A stretch of 64,000 nucleotides of DNA from NCBI GenBank assembly GCA_964445975.1, contig CAYUMP010000016.1, positions 3,679 through 67,678 of the forward strand, given 5' to 3'. The translations under genes and the position numbers were made by a program. This document shows positions 18,125-27,721 of this stretch, piece by piece. Source of the stretch: an uncultured Chthoniobacterales bacterium. Its GTDB lineage: Bacteria > Verrucomicrobiota > Verrucomicrobiia > Chthoniobacterales > Terrimicrobiaceae. A model generated the notes under the pieces. That model searched no databases, was not told the DNA's origin, and saw only the letters and a list, made by a program, of their open reading frames with translations. Each line of letters opens with the position of its first letter. Position 1 is the stretch's first letter.

Positions 18125-19630
18125 CTACCTTTGCAGAGCAAAGAAGATGACGCCGATGATGATGAGGCCGCCCACGGCCGCCCAGATCAAGACGAGGCTG
18201 TTGTCGCTCATGACCTGGCCGGAACCCAGGCGGGCGCGCTGCTCGCGGGCACCACGAATCTTGCCTTTGCGCAGGAAGCCATCGTAATGGCGCTGGAGCA
18301 AGTGAGTTTCGACCTGCCGCATGGTATCGAGAACCACGCCAACGATAATGAGTACACCGGTACCGCCGAAGAACTGGGCCGTCATGTACGGCACCTTCAG
18401 CGATTGCGCCATGAGCTGAGGCAGCACGGCAACGATGGTGAGGAAGATGGCACCCGCAAAGGTCAGGCGGGACATGGTGAAGTCGAGAAAGTCAGCCGTC
18501 GGTTTGCCAGGGCGGACACCGGGAATAAAGCCCCCGTATTTTTTCAGGTCATCCGCGATCTGCACAGGCTGGAACTGGGTGGCGACCCAGAAATAGCTGA
18601 AGAAGAAGATCATCACGCCATAGAGGGCATAGTGCAGCCAGCCAGCGTTAAGCATGGCGGCAAACTCCTGGGCACCACGATGCTGTGGGAAGGCCCAGGT
18701 AATGATGGTCGAAGGGAAAAGCAGAATGGCCTGGGCAAAGATAATGGGCATAACACCCGCATAGTTGATCTTCAGCGGCATGTATTGGGTCTGACCGCCG
18801 TAAACTTTCCGGCCAACCACACGCTTGGCGTACTGGATGCTGATCTTTCGCTGGGCCTGGGTGATGGCGATGACCGCAGCAATGACGATCACTAGAAACA
18901 AGCACAGCAGCACCAGAATGACCGGACTGACCGCCGCCTGGGTTTGGGCGCCCGATGGGACGAAAGTGCGCCAAGCCTGGATCAAACCGGCAGGCAACTG
19001 AGCTAGGATGCCGACGGTAATGATGAGCGACACACCGTTGCCGATACCACGCTCGGTGATCTGATCACCTAGCCACATGAGGAACATGGTGCCAGCCGTC
19101 ATGGTGGCGATGGTCATCAATTGGAAACCGAAGCCGGGATGGGGCACAAGGTCCAGCCCAAGCTTGTTGATCGTATCCATGATGCCGGGCAGGAACGGAT
19201 TGGCCTGCGGGCTCTCGAAGGATTTGGCCAGAAGATACCCCTGGAAGATACAAAGCGCGATGGTGGCATAGCGCGTGTACTGCATCACCTTGCGACGACC
19301 ACCATCCTCGCGGGAGAGCTTGCCAAGTTGCGGAACGACTGCGGTCAACAGCTGCATCATGATCGATGCGCTGATGTAGGGCATAATACCCAGCGAGAAG
19401 ATCGCGCAATGGGAGAGAGCTCCACCACTGAAGAGATTGAACAGCGCGGCCACGCCGCCGTGGGACTGCGCATCGGCGACGTTCAGGAACCAGACACGCA
19501 GAATCTCCGCGTTCACCCCCGGAGTCGTGATGGCAGAACCAGCACGGATGATAACAATCATGGCCAGCGTGAAGAGCACGCGCTGACGCAATTCCGGAAT
19601 TTTAAAGATGTTGGTAAAGGCGGAGATCAT
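18125..19630 (-). CDS. secY: preprotein translocase subunit SecY
   Basis: 501 aa, 10-TM profile. N-terminus IPELRQRVLFTLAMIVIIRAGSAITTPGV. Canonical position after L15. Confidence 0.96.
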   Translation of the reverse strand: MISAFTNIFKIPELRQRVLFTLAMIVIIRAGSAITTPGVNAEILRVWFLNVADAQSHGGVAALFNLFSGGALSHCAIFSLGIMPYISASIMMQLLTAVVPQLGKLSREDGGRRKVMQYTRYATIALCIFQGYLLAKSFESPQANPFLPGIMDTINKLGLDLVPHPGFGFQLMTIATMTAGTMFLMWLGDQITERGIGNGVSLIITVGILAQLPAGLIQAWRTFVPSGAQTQAAVSPVILVLLCLFLVIVIAAVIAITQAQRKISIQYAKRVVGRKVYGGQTQYMPLKINYAGVMPIIFAQAILLFPSTIITWAFPQHRGAQEFAAMLNAGWLHYALYGVMIFFFSYFWVATQFQPVQIADDLKKYGGFIPGVRPGKPTADFLDFTMSRLTFAGAIFLTIVAVLPQLMAQSLKVPYMTAQFFGGTGVLIIVGVVLDTMRQVETHLLQRHYDGFLRKGKIRGAREQRARLGSGQVMSDNSLVLIWAAVGGLIIIGVIFFALQR

Positions 19631-19663
19631 CGAGAGAAGAAGGGAAGGAGCGGGGAAGAAGAA

Positions 19664-20140
19664 TTATTTCTTCTTCTTTCCGGTCTCCGGCTTCTGGCTG
19701 AGCGTGACTGTGCCGCCCACCTTCTCGATTTTTTCCTTGGCGGAAGCGCTGATGCTGTCCACTTCGAGATGAAATTTCTTTTTCACCTCGCCGCGACCGA
19801 GCACCTTGACCCCGTCAAGGGAGCCGCGAATGACACCGGCGCCACGAAGGAGTTTTTCATTGATGGCAGCGCCATCTTCAAAGCGCTTTTCCAGATCGTC
19901 GAGATTGACGATGCCAAAAACGGTCTTGAACTTGGCGTTGGTGAAGCCGCGTTTGGGCAACTGCCGATAGAGCGGCATCTGACCACCTTCGAAGCCGTGG
20001 CGAATGCTGCCGCCGGAGCGGGCTTTCTGACCTTTGTGGCCCTTGCCGGAGGTTTTGCCATGGCCCGAGCTCTCGCCGGAGCCGAGACGCTTGCGGCGAT
20101 GTTTGGCGCCGGGATTGGGTTTTAAATCGTGGAGTCTCAT
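19664..20140 (-). CDS. rplO: 50S ribosomal protein L15 (uL15)
   Basis: N-terminus MRLHDLKPNPGAKHRRKRLGSGESSGHGKTSGKGHKGQKARSG. Confidence 0.96.
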   Translation of the reverse strand: MRLHDLKPNPGAKHRRKRLGSGESSGHGKTSGKGHKGQKARSGGSIRHGFEGGQMPLYRQLPKRGFTNAKFKTVFGIVNLDDLEKRFEDGAAINEKLLRGAGVIRGSLDGVKVLGRGEVKKKFHLEVDSISASAKEKIEKVGGTVTLSQKPETGKKKK

Positions 20141-20143
20141 AAC

Positions 20144-20692
20144 TTAGGCGGCGACGGGCACTTCGGTTTTCACACGAAGGGTTTTGCCGCGGATCTTGAA
20201 AATTTCAGCCTTCGGACGGAGCGCCATGAGCGCCTCGAGGGTGGCTTTGACAACATTGGATGGGTTGCTTGAACCGAGGGATTTCGCGAGGACGTCGCGA
20301 ATACCGGCGGCTTCGATGACAGCACGCACACCGCCACCAGCGATAACACCGGTACCGGGAGATGCAGGCTTGAGCAGCACGCGACCCCCGCCGAACTCAC
20401 CGATCACCTCGTGGGGGATGGTGTTTTCGTGGACAGCCACGGTAACCAAATGTTTTTTGGCCGCTTCCGTAGCCTTGCGAATGGCTTCGCTGACTTCGTT
20501 GGCCTTGCCGAAACCGATGCCGACCTTGCCCTTGTGATTGCCGGAGACAATCAAAGCGCTGAAGCTGAAACGGCGGCCACCTTTGACGACCTTGGCGCAG
20601 CGATTGATGAAGACAACCTTGTCGCTGAATTCCTTCGGCTCCTTGTCGTAGGAGTCGTTGGATTTCCTGTTATTTCTATTTGGAGGTGCCAT
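20144..20692 (-). CDS. rpsE: 30S ribosomal protein S5 (uS5)
   Basis: Pattern [39 protein letters not shown]. Confidence 0.96.
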   Translation of the reverse strand: MAPPNRNNRKSNDSYDKEPKEFSDKVVFINRCAKVVKGGRRFSFSALIVSGNHKGKVGIGFGKANEVSEAIRKATEAAKKHLVTVAVHENTIPHEVIGEFGGGRVLLKPASPGTGVIAGGGVRAVIEAAGIRDVLAKSLGSSNPSNVVKATLEALMALRPKAEIFKIRGKTLRVKTEVPVAA

Positions 20693-20698
20693 AGGTGA

Positions 20699-21061
20699 TT
20701 AGAATTCGAGACCTGCTTCACGGGCGGCGTCGGCCAGGGCCTTCACTTTGCCATGATATTTGAAGCCGCCTCGGTCGAAGACGACTTTTTTGACATTTTT
20801 CGCGGACACACGCTCAGCGATGAGCTTGCCCACCTTGGTGGCGGTGGCGACGTTGGCCTGGTTGGCCTTGCCGGACCGCAGGTCGGTCTCGGTGGTATGC
20901 ACAGAGGCCACAGTCTTGCCTTCGGTATCGTCAATGACCTGGGCGGTAATATGACGTTCCGAGAAATGAACGGCGAGACGGGGACGCTCGGTGGTGCCGG
21001 TGACTTTTTTGCGCAACCGCACGTGGCGGAGGCGGCGTTTATTGGTGATTCTTGCAGACAT
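20699..21061 (-). CDS. rplR: 50S ribosomal protein L18 (uL18)
   Basis: Patterns [29 protein letters not shown] and the ending [26 protein letters not shown]. Confidence 0.96.
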   Translation of the reverse strand: MSARITNKRRLRHVRLRKKVTGTTERPRLAVHFSERHITAQVIDDTEGKTVASVHTTETDLRSGKANQANVATATKVGKLIAERVSAKNVKKVVFDRGGFKYHGKVKALADAAREAGLEF

Positions 21062-21064
21062 GGC

Positions 21065-21604
21065 TTACTGGACGGTTTTGCCTTCCTTGCGACGAACTTG
21101 CTCGCCGGCGTAGCGGATGCCTTTGCCCTTGTAAGGCTCCGGCGGATAATAGGCACGGATGTCCGCCGCCGCCTGGCCGACAAGATGCTTGTCGATGCCT
21201 TCGATGGCGATCTTGGTGTTTTCCGTGACGGTGACTTTGATTTCGTTGGGGATGTCGAACAGGATAGGGTGCGACTTGCCGAGGCTGAGGTTCAGCTTCT
21301 GGCCCTGCACGGCTGCCTTGAAGCCGACGCCCTGAATTTCGAGGTCCTTTTTGAATCCTTCGTTAACACCTTGGACCATATTGGCCAGAAGGGAACGGGA
21401 CAGACCGTGCAGAGCACGGACCTGACGGGATTCATTTTCCCGCTCAACAGCGAGAGTGGAACCGTCGAGCTTGGCGCGAACCGCCTTGGGCAGCGTCCAG
21501 GAAAGTTTTCCCTTGGGGCCTTCAACGCTGACAGCGCCTTCGGTACCGACGTTGACCTTGACCTTGGCCGGGATTTCGATGGGTTTTTTACCGATACGTG
21601 ACAT
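21065..21604 (-). CDS. rplF: 50S ribosomal protein L6 (uL6)
   Basis: N-terminus MSRIGKKPIEIPAKVKVNV; 179 aa. Confidence 0.96.
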   Translation of the reverse strand: MSRIGKKPIEIPAKVKVNVGTEGAVSVEGPKGKLSWTLPKAVRAKLDGSTLAVERENESRQVRALHGLSRSLLANMVQGVNEGFKKDLEIQGVGFKAAVQGQKLNLSLGKSHPILFDIPNEIKVTVTENTKIAIEGIDKHLVGQAAADIRAYYPPEPYKGKGIRYAGEQVRRKEGKTVQ

Positions 21605-21616
21605 GGCTTTCCTCCG

Positions 21617-22009
21617 TTACCAGACGTAGGCGAGAAGCTCGCCGCCGACATTTTGTTTGCGTGCCTCGTGGCCGCTAAGGACACCACGAGAGGTGGAAAG
21701 GACCGCGATACCCATGCCGCCGAGCACACGTGGCACCTCGTCAGCACCGACATAGCGGCGCAGACCAGGTTTGCTGATGCGCTTGAGACCGGCAATGGCG
21801 CTGGTCTTGTTGACGAACTTGTTCTTGATCTTGAGTTGGGGGTGGCCCTTTTCAGGGGTCTCCACTTCAAAACCGGCGATGTAGCCTTCCTTCTCAAGAA
21901 TCCGGGCGATCTCGCTCTTCAGCTTGGAGTAAGGGACTAGGAATTCCACTTTGCGCGCGCGGGAAGCGTTGCGCAAGCGGGTGAGCATATCTGCGACTGG
22001 GTCTGTCAT
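21617..22009 (-). CDS. rpsH: 30S ribosomal protein S8 (uS8)
   Basis: N-terminus MTDPVADMLTRLRNASRARK; C-terminal ending GGELLAYVW. Confidence 0.96.
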   Translation of the reverse strand: MTDPVADMLTRLRNASRARKVEFLVPYSKLKSEIARILEKEGYIAGFEVETPEKGHPQLKIKNKFVNKTSAIAGLKRISKPGLRRYVGADEVPRVLGGMGIAVLSTSRGVLSGHEARKQNVGGELLAYVW

Positions 22010-22026
22010 GTATTATGTAGCAGTAG

Positions 22027-22647
22027 TTAGGCGGCCGCGGGGGCTTCCTCTTGCTGCTCCTCGGTTTTTGGCACGGCGGCGGGCTTCTTCGCCTTGTCGG
22101 AGAAGGGCATGCCAAGCTCCGACAGGAGTGATTTGGCTTCCGCGTTCGTGCGCGCGGTTGTGACGATGGTGATGTCAAAACCGATGTTGCGTTTGATTTT
22201 ATCGAGTTCGATCTCGGGGAAAATGGACTGGTCGGTCACCCCCAGGGTGTAGTTGCCGTTGCCGTCAAAAGCCTTGGCCGACACACCACGAAAGTCGCGG
22301 ATGCGAGGCAGGGACATTTTGATGAGGCGCTCCAGGAACTCATACATCGTCGCGCCGCGAAGTGTAACCTTGGCACCGATGGCCTGGCCTTCGCGCAACT
22401 TGAAGTTGGCGATGCTCTTCTTGGAGATGGTGGTAATGGGACGCTGACCGGTGATGGTGGCGATTTCCGTCCGGGCGATTTCCAAGGCTTCCTTGCTGTC
22501 CGAGCCGGCACCAATGGAGGTGTTGACCACGACCTTGGAGACTTTGGGAATCTCGTTGATATTCTTATAGCCGTGCTTCTCGCGGAGTGCAGGCACTACG
22601 CGGGTCTTGTATTCGTTCAGAAGCTCGGGATCTGGTTTATTAGCCAT
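22027..22647 (-). CDS. rplE: 50S ribosomal protein L5 (uL5)
   Basis: Patterns LLNEYKTRVVPALREKHGYKNINEIPKVSKVVVNTSIG and FDGNGNYTLGV. Acidic/Ala C-terminal tail. Confidence 0.96.
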   Translation of the reverse strand: MANKPDPELLNEYKTRVVPALREKHGYKNINEIPKVSKVVVNTSIGAGSDSKEALEIARTEIATITGQRPITTISKKSIANFKLREGQAIGAKVTLRGATMYEFLERLIKMSLPRIRDFRGVSAKAFDGNGNYTLGVTDQSIFPEIELDKIKRNIGFDITIVTTARTNAEAKSLLSELGMPFSDKAKKPAAVPKTEEQQEEAPAAA

Positions 22648-22653
22648 GGTTTA

Positions 22654-22938
22654 TTAGGCGGCTTTTTTCTTCGCCTTCTCCTTTTTGGGCGCTTTGGGTG
22701 CGACGGCTTCGACGATCTTCACATTGGAAATGTGAATCGGGCCTTCGCGTTCGATGATAGCACCGTTGGGTTGTTCCTGGGATTTACGCTGATGTTTCTT
22801 GATCAGGCGCACACCCTCGATAACGACCTGGGACTTGGCGGCGATCACCTGGAGGATCTTGCCGGAGGAACCGCGATGGTTCCCGGAAATCACCTGGACG
22901 GTGTCGCCACGTTTGACATGAAATTTGGGTTTGCTCAT
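22654..22938 (-). CDS. rplX: 50S ribosomal protein L24 (uL24)
   Basis: KOW-like pattern [24 protein letters not shown]. 4-nt overlap with rplN. Confidence 0.93.
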   Translation of the reverse strand: MSKPKFHVKRGDTVQVISGNHRGSSGKILQVIAAKSQVVIEGVRLIKKHQRKSQEQPNGAIIEREGPIHISNVKIVEAVAPKAPKKEKAKKKAA

Positions 22939-23300
22939 AGCACTTCGGGAGCGAGAGAAATGATCTTCATGAAGCTCTTGTCACGCAGTTCGCGGGCGAC
23001 AGGGCCGAAGATACGGGTACCGCGAGGATTGAGGTCCTTGTCGATGATGACGATCGCATTGTTGTCGAAGCGAAGATAGGAACCATCTTCACGACGCAAC
23101 GGCTGCTTCGTGCGAACGATGACGGCGCGGACGACGTCACCCTTTTTGACGGTGCCGCCGGAGGAAGCTTCCTTCACGTTGGCGGTGATGACGTCACCAA
23201 CACGAGCGGAACGCGTGGGCTTGCCGATGACACCGATCATCGTGGCCATGCGGGCGCCGGTGTTGTCGGCGACGTCGAGACGGGAGCGAATCTGAATCAT
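22935..23300 (-). CDS. rplN: 50S ribosomal protein L14 (uL14)
   Basis: N-terminus [24 protein letters not shown]; 121 aa. Confidence 0.97.
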   Translation of the reverse strand: MIQIRSRLDVADNTGARMATMIGVIGKPTRSARVGDVITANVKEASSGGTVKKGDVVRAVIVRTKQPLRREDGSYLRFDNNAIVIIDKDLNPRGTRIFGPVARELRDKSFMKIISLAPEVL

Positions 23301-23306
23301 AACGGC

Positions 23307-23591
23307 TTAGTGTTTGAGGACCTCCACCAGGCGCCAGCGCTTAAGGCGCGAGAGCGGACGGGTTTCCATGATGCTGACACGGTCGCCCACTTTGGCTTCG
23401 TTCTTTTCGTCATGCACGTGGAACTTTTTCACATGTTTGATGATCTTGCCGAATTTCTTGTGGGGCACACGCGTGACGGTGCTGACGACGATGGTCTTAT
23501 CCATCGCGTCGGACACGACTTCACCGACGCGGGTCTTGCGCAGGTTGCGGTCGCGGACCGGCGTTTCTGTGGTAGTAGCTGTTTCGCTCAT
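23307..23591 (-). CDS. rpsQ: 30S ribosomal protein S17 (uS17)
   Basis: Patterns [53 protein letters not shown]. Confidence 0.95.
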   Translation of the reverse strand: MSETATTTETPVRDRNLRKTRVGEVVSDAMDKTIVVSTVTRVPHKKFGKIIKHVKKFHVHDEKNEAKVGDRVSIMETRPLSRLKRWRLVEVLKH

Positions 23592-23596
23592 GGCAA

Positions 23597-23803
23597 TTAT
23601 TTGGCCGGTTTGGCGGCCTTGGTTTTCTGCGTGAGAACGGTCTCCACGCGGGCGGCATCGCGGCGCAGGTCGCGCAGCATATGGGGTTTCTCGAGCTGTC
23701 CACCCTGCTGCTGGATGCGCAGGTTGAAAACCTCCTGGCGAAGCTCGCGCTTGCGGTTGTTGAGCTCCTTGATGGTGAGTTCCTTGATTTCAGCGATCTT
23801 CAT
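23597..23803 (-). CDS. rpmC: 50S ribosomal protein L29 (uL29)
   Basis: N-terminus [32 protein letters not shown]. Confidence 0.93.
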   Translation of the reverse strand: MKIAEIKELTIKELNNRKRELRQEVFNLRIQQQGGQLEKPHMLRDLRRDAARVETVLTQKTKAAKPAK

Positions 23804-23811
23804 GGCGCTAG

Positions 23812-24234
23812 TTATTTGACTGCGTGGTGACGCGAGATGAAACGCGTGCGCACGGGCAGTTTGTTGGCGGCGAGACGCAGGGACTCGCGGGCCACGGTTT
23901 CAGAAACGCCGTCGAGTTCGAAAAGCACGTTGCCGGGACGGATGACGGCGACCCAATGTTCCGGCTGGCCTTTGCCCTTACCCATGCGGGTTTCCGGCGG
24001 ACGGGCGGTGGCGGACTTGTCGGGGAAAATGCGGATCCAGAGCTTGCCTTTGCGCTTCATGGCGCGGGTCATCGCGACACGGGCGGCTTCGATCTGCACG
24101 TTGGTGATCCAGGCGCGCTCAAGGGTCTGGAGACCGAACTCGCCGAAATCAATCTTGAGCGTACGGGAAGCGTTGCCGGAACGGCTGCCGCGCTGGGTTT
24201 TGCGGTATTTAACGCGTTTGGGTAAAAGTGGCAT
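23812..24234 (-). CDS. rplP: 50S ribosomal protein L16 (uL16)
   Basis: N-terminus [22 protein letters not shown], followed by GEFGLQ. Confidence 0.96.
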   Translation of the reverse strand: MPLLPKRVKYRKTQRGSRSGNASRTLKIDFGEFGLQTLERAWITNVQIEAARVAMTRAMKRKGKLWIRIFPDKSATARPPETRMGKGKGQPEHWVAVIRPGNVLFELDGVSETVARESLRLAANKLPVRTRFISRHHAVK

Positions 24235-24251
24235 GACGTGTCTTTCCTAAA

Positions 24252-24998
24252 TTAAGCGGCGGGCGCGGGTTCGGCGGGAGCCGGAGCGGGCTCAGGGGCG
24301 GCCTGTTGGGGGGCTCGGCGGCGTTCACGCTCCTTGAATTGCTGCTGCTGTTGCTGCTCTTCGGCCTCAGGATCGGTGGGCTTTTTGCAGATCCAGCACT
24401 TCACGCCGATCTTGCCGGCGACGGTCTCAGCTTCAGTGAAACCGTAGTCGATGGGCTGGCGCATGGTGTGCAACGGAACCTTGCCTTCGTGGTAGCGTTC
24501 GGTACGGGCGATTTCAGCACCACCCAGACGACCAGCGCAACGAATCTTGATGCCCAGAGCACCCTGCTCCATGGCGAGCTGGACGGCGCGCTTCATGGCG
24601 CGGCGGAAAGAAATACGGCGCTCGAGCTGGGAGGCCACATTCTCCGCGACGAGCTGGGCGTCGATATCGGGGGTCTTGATTTCCACGATGTCGACCTTGA
24701 CCTGCTTGCCGCCGGCGAGACGGGAAATCTCCTCAGTCATCTTCTCGATCTCGGAACCCTTGCGGCCGATGACCACACCCGGACGGGCCGTGTGAATGGT
24801 CACACGCACGCTATTCCAAGCGCGTTCGATCACGATGCGGGCCACGGCGGCCTGCTTGAGTTTCTTTTTGAGAAATGAGCGGATCTGACCGTCGGCGAAC
24901 AAATAGTCGGCGAAATCTTTGCGCGAAGCATACCAGCGCGACGACCAGTCACGACTGATCGGAAGGCGGAAGCCGATTGGATTGACTTTCTGTCCCAT
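24252..24998 (-). CDS. rpsC: 30S ribosomal protein S3 (uS3) with a Gln/Pro/Ala C-terminal tail
   Basis: N-terminus [24 protein letters not shown]. Tail [38 protein letters not shown]. Confidence 0.96.
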   Translation of the reverse strand: MGQKVNPIGFRLPISRDWSSRWYASRKDFADYLFADGQIRSFLKKKLKQAAVARIVIERAWNSVRVTIHTARPGVVIGRKGSEIEKMTEEISRLAGGKQVKVDIVEIKTPDIDAQLVAENVASQLERRISFRRAMKRAVQLAMEQGALGIKIRCAGRLGGAEIARTERYHEGKVPLHTMRQPIDYGFTEAETVAGKIGVKCWICKKPTDPEAEEQQQQQQFKERERRRAPQQAAPEPAPAPAEPAPAA

Positions 24999-25001
24999 GA
25001 T

Positions 25002-25481
25002 TTACTCCTTGGATTCCGCGGCGGGAGCGGCGGATTCAGTTGCTGCGGCCGGCTGTTCAGCAGCGGCCTTTTTGGCGCCACCTTTTTTGGCGGCTGGTTT
25101 CTTGGATTTGGATTTCTTGGCCGTCTTGTCTTCGCGGCGTTTGATCTCGATTTCGTCCGTGAGAATGATGCGGATGTGGCTGGTACGCTTGAGGATCGGG
25201 CCGGCGCTGCCGCGGGCCTTGGGCTGGAAGCGCTTGAAGGTCGGGCCTTCACCCACGACGGCCTCTTTGACCACGAGGTTGGCAACATTCAGGTTGTTAT
25301 TGTTTTCCGCATTGGCCACCGCGCTGGCGAGGGTTTTGCGAACGAGAGGGGCGGCCTTTTTGGGCACAAAGCGGAGCAAGTCCAGAGCGTCCGTGGCCGG
25401 AAGTCCCTGGATTTCCCGCGTGACCTCACGCGCCTTAAAGGCGGAGATCCGTGCGTTACGGTAGATGGATTTGACCTGCAT
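25002..25481 (-). CDS. rplV: 50S ribosomal protein L22 (uL22) with a Lys/Ala-rich C-terminal tail
   Basis: Patterns ARISAFKAREVTREIQGLPATDALDLLRF and GPTFKRFQPKARGSAGPILKRTSHI. 159 aa. Confidence 0.95.
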   Translation of the reverse strand: MQVKSIYRNARISAFKAREVTREIQGLPATDALDLLRFVPKKAAPLVRKTLASAVANAENNNNLNVANLVVKEAVVGEGPTFKRFQPKARGSAGPILKRTSHIRIILTDEIEIKRREDKTAKKSKSKKPAAKKGGAKKAAAEQPAAATESAAPAAESKE

Positions 25482-25494
25482 GTTGTTGTTTTGG

Positions 25495-26298
25495 TTATTG
25501 TCTGGCGTCCACTTTCAGGCGGTCGCCGGTTTTAATTGGTGTTTTTTCCGATTCAAGACTCTGAATGATGGCCCCGCAGATGCGCTCGCGCACGTCCACG
25601 ACGCGCACTTCGCCGATGCGTTTATCCTCGCGCCAGACCTGGAAGGGCATGCCGATCAGCACACCCTGCTTCTCGCCGATGTTTGCCACCACGAGGGAAA
25701 GGTCGTCCTTGACGTCCACAACCATTCCGTCGTTGAGCGTCGCCTGCACGGATTCGGCCTGAGCGGCTTTGGGCGACCCCAGGGTTTCACTGGTTTTGCG
25801 CAATTCGGTTTCTACCGTGAGGCGGATTTGCGGGTCGATCTGCTCAGCGCTTTTGATCAGCACTTGGATCGCTTCGGCCAAGCGAAGCAGCTGGTTAACG
25901 GCGTCTTCATGCTGCTGTTTGGAGAGTCGAAGATCGCGCACTGCGGAGAGCAAGCGTTGTTCCAGCTTGCTCTGGTCTTTTTCGACGCCCGCAATGCCCA
26001 GAGCTTCCAGCTTCAGGGCCAGCTCACTTGATTGGCGTTTAAAGGCCTCGGCTTCGGCGTTGGAGATGGCAAGGCTTTCGGTCAGCGACTGGACGGTCGA
26101 ACGCAGCAGGAGGATTTTTTCCTGCAGCGCCTCGACATCATCAAGGCTGTCCTCACTGGCACTAGGCACAGTGACTTCCACCCCCTGCGCGAGGAGGATT
26201 TCATTTTCAGAGTCTGTCAAAGATCGGCTGCTCTGCGCATCCAGCCTCGCGGCGGGAAGGAGAGCGATAAGTCCCGCCGCTATCGCAGCGAGTCTCAT
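25495..26298 (-). CDS. exported coiled-coil protein of unknown function, embedded in the S10 operon
   Basis: A 267-aa ORF fills the rpsS-rplV gap, starting 3 nt after the S19 stop and ending 13 nt before the L22 start. Signal peptide MRLAAIAAGLIALLPAARLDA/QS. About 150 aa of heptad-like L/E/Q/A-rich sequence follow. The C-terminal beta-rich module reads GMVVDVKDDLSLVVANIGEKQGVLIGMPFQVWREDKRIGEVRVVDVRERICGAIIQ...IKTGDRLKV. Confidence 0.7.
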   Translation of the reverse strand: MRLAAIAAGLIALLPAARLDAQSSRSLTDSENEILLAQGVEVTVPSASEDSLDDVEALQEKILLLRSTVQSLTESLAISNAEAEAFKRQSSELALKLEALGIAGVEKDQSKLEQRLLSAVRDLRLSKQQHEDAVNQLLRLAEAIQVLIKSAEQIDPQIRLTVETELRKTSETLGSPKAAQAESVQATLNDGMVVDVKDDLSLVVANIGEKQGVLIGMPFQVWREDKRIGEVRVVDVRERICGAIIQSLESEKTPIKTGDRLKVDARQ

Positions 26299-26301
26299 GG
26301 T

Positions 26302-26580
26302 TTATTTGGTCACTTTAGCGGTGTGAGAACCGTGTTTCTTAAAGATTCGAGTCGGAGAAAATTCGCCAAGCTTGTGGCCGACCATGTTCTCCGTCACAAA
26401 AACGGGGATGAAGGTCTTGCCGTTGTGCACGTTGAACGTGTGTCCAACGAAGTCCGGAGTCACCGTGCTGCGGCGCGACCATGTCTTGATCGGCTTCTTC
26501 ACGTTGGAGTCGTTCATCTTGTCGATCTTATCGAGGAGCTTCCACTCCACGAACGGGCCTTTTTTAAGGGAGCGTGCCAT
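26302..26580 (-). CDS. rpsS: 30S ribosomal protein S19 (uS19)
   Basis: Patterns [43 protein letters not shown]. Confidence 0.97.
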   Translation of the reverse strand: MARSLKKGPFVEWKLLDKIDKMNDSNVKKPIKTWSRRSTVTPDFVGHTFNVHNGKTFIPVFVTENMVGHKLGEFSPTRIFKKHGSHTAKVTK

Positions 26581-26582
26581 GA

Positions 26583-27431
26583 TTATTTCTTAAGTTTTCC
26601 TTTACGGCGTTGAACGATGAAGCGATCCGACGATTTGTGCTTGCGGCGGGTCTTGAAGCCCTTGGCCAGCTGGCCCCAGGGGCTCATCGGGTGGTGGCGT
26701 CCGCCACCGCCCTTGCTCTTGCCCTGTCCACCACCCATGGGGTGATCGACTGGGTTCATGACCATACCACGAACGTGCGGACGGCGGCCGAGCCAACGGG
26801 TGCGGCCGGCTTTACCGCTGGAAACGTTCATGTGGTCGGTATTTCCGACTTGGCCGATGGTGGCGTAGCACTCTTCGTTGATCCGGCGGAGTTCGCCAGA
26901 AGCGAGTTTGATCAGAGCGTAACCGGCTTCGCGATTGGCGAGAACGGCAGTAGCGCCGGCGCTACGAATCATCTGCGCACCACGACCAGCCATGATTTCC
27001 ACATTGTGGATGGTGGTTCCTAGCGGGATCGCCTTGAGCGGGAGGGCATTGCCCACATTCGGCTCGGCTTTGGCACCGGAAACGATCTTCGCTCCGACCT
27101 CCAATCCCGCCGGAGCGAGGATGTAGGCCTTCTCGCCGTCGGTGTATTGCAAAAGGGCGAGACGGGCGGAGCGGTTCGGATCGTACTCGATCGCGATGAT
27201 CTCGGCAACGACATCATGCTTTTTGCGTTTGAAGTCGATGATGCGGTACTTGCGCTTATGACCACCACCACGATGGCGCATGGTCATGCGGCCGTTGTTA
27301 TTGCGGCCACCGCTTTTTTTCAGCGGCTCGAGCAGGGACTTTTCCGGCTTGTCCTTGGTGATCTCGGAAAAGTCCGGCAGCGCCTTGAAACGGGCGGCGG
27401 GAGTAAGAGGACGAAAGGTTTTAAGGGCCAT
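26583..27431 (-). CDS. rplB: 50S ribosomal protein L2 (uL2)
   Basis: Patterns [15 protein letters not shown] and [18 protein letters not shown]. Confidence 0.97.
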   Translation of the reverse strand: MALKTFRPLTPAARFKALPDFSEITKDKPEKSLLEPLKKSGGRNNNGRMTMRHRGGGHKRKYRIIDFKRKKHDVVAEIIAIEYDPNRSARLALLQYTDGEKAYILAPAGLEVGAKIVSGAKAEPNVGNALPLKAIPLGTTIHNVEIMAGRGAQMIRSAGATAVLANREAGYALIKLASGELRRINEECYATIGQVGNTDHMNVSSGKAGRTRWLGRRPHVRGMVMNPVDHPMGGGQGKSKGGGGRHHPMSPWGQLAKGFKTRRKHKSSDRFIVQRRKGKLKK

Positions 27432-27436
27432 AGTGC

Positions 27437-27721
27437 TTAGACGATGTCGAGTTTTTCGCCTTCCTTGAGGGTGACAACGGCTTTTTTCCAGTTAGCGCGA
27501 CGACCAAAGCTGGCGGTGCGCTCACGTTTCTTTTTGCCGGCGAAATTGGCTGTGCGGACGTTGAGCACGGTCTTTTTGAAGAGCTGCTCGACGGCACGCT
27601 TGATCTCAATCTTGTTGGCGCGTGGGCTCACGCGGAACACGTATTGATTGTGCTTCTCGGAGAGAAGGGTGGCCTTCTCGGTGAGAATCACGGTCTGGAT
27701 ATGGTCGAAGGATTCGTTCAT
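27437..27721 (-). CDS. rplW: 50S ribosomal protein L23 (uL23)
   Basis: Pattern [37 protein letters not shown]. 4-nt overlap with rplD. Confidence 0.93.
   Translation of the reverse strand: MNESFDHIQTVILTEKATLLSEKHNQYVFRVSPRANKIEIKRAVEQLFKKTVLNVRTANFAGKKKRERTASFGRRANWKKAVVTLKEGEKLDIV

Noticed and set aside
19121-20125. 334-aa plus-strand ORF spanning the secY/rplO region, with similar plus-strand ORFs across the ribosomal block (for example 20753-21601, 15228-16359, 24306-24878, 28048-28689)
   Set aside because: All lie antisense to clearly identified ribosomal protein or SecY genes and cross gene boundaries. Their translations are Gly/Asp/Ala/His-rich shadows.
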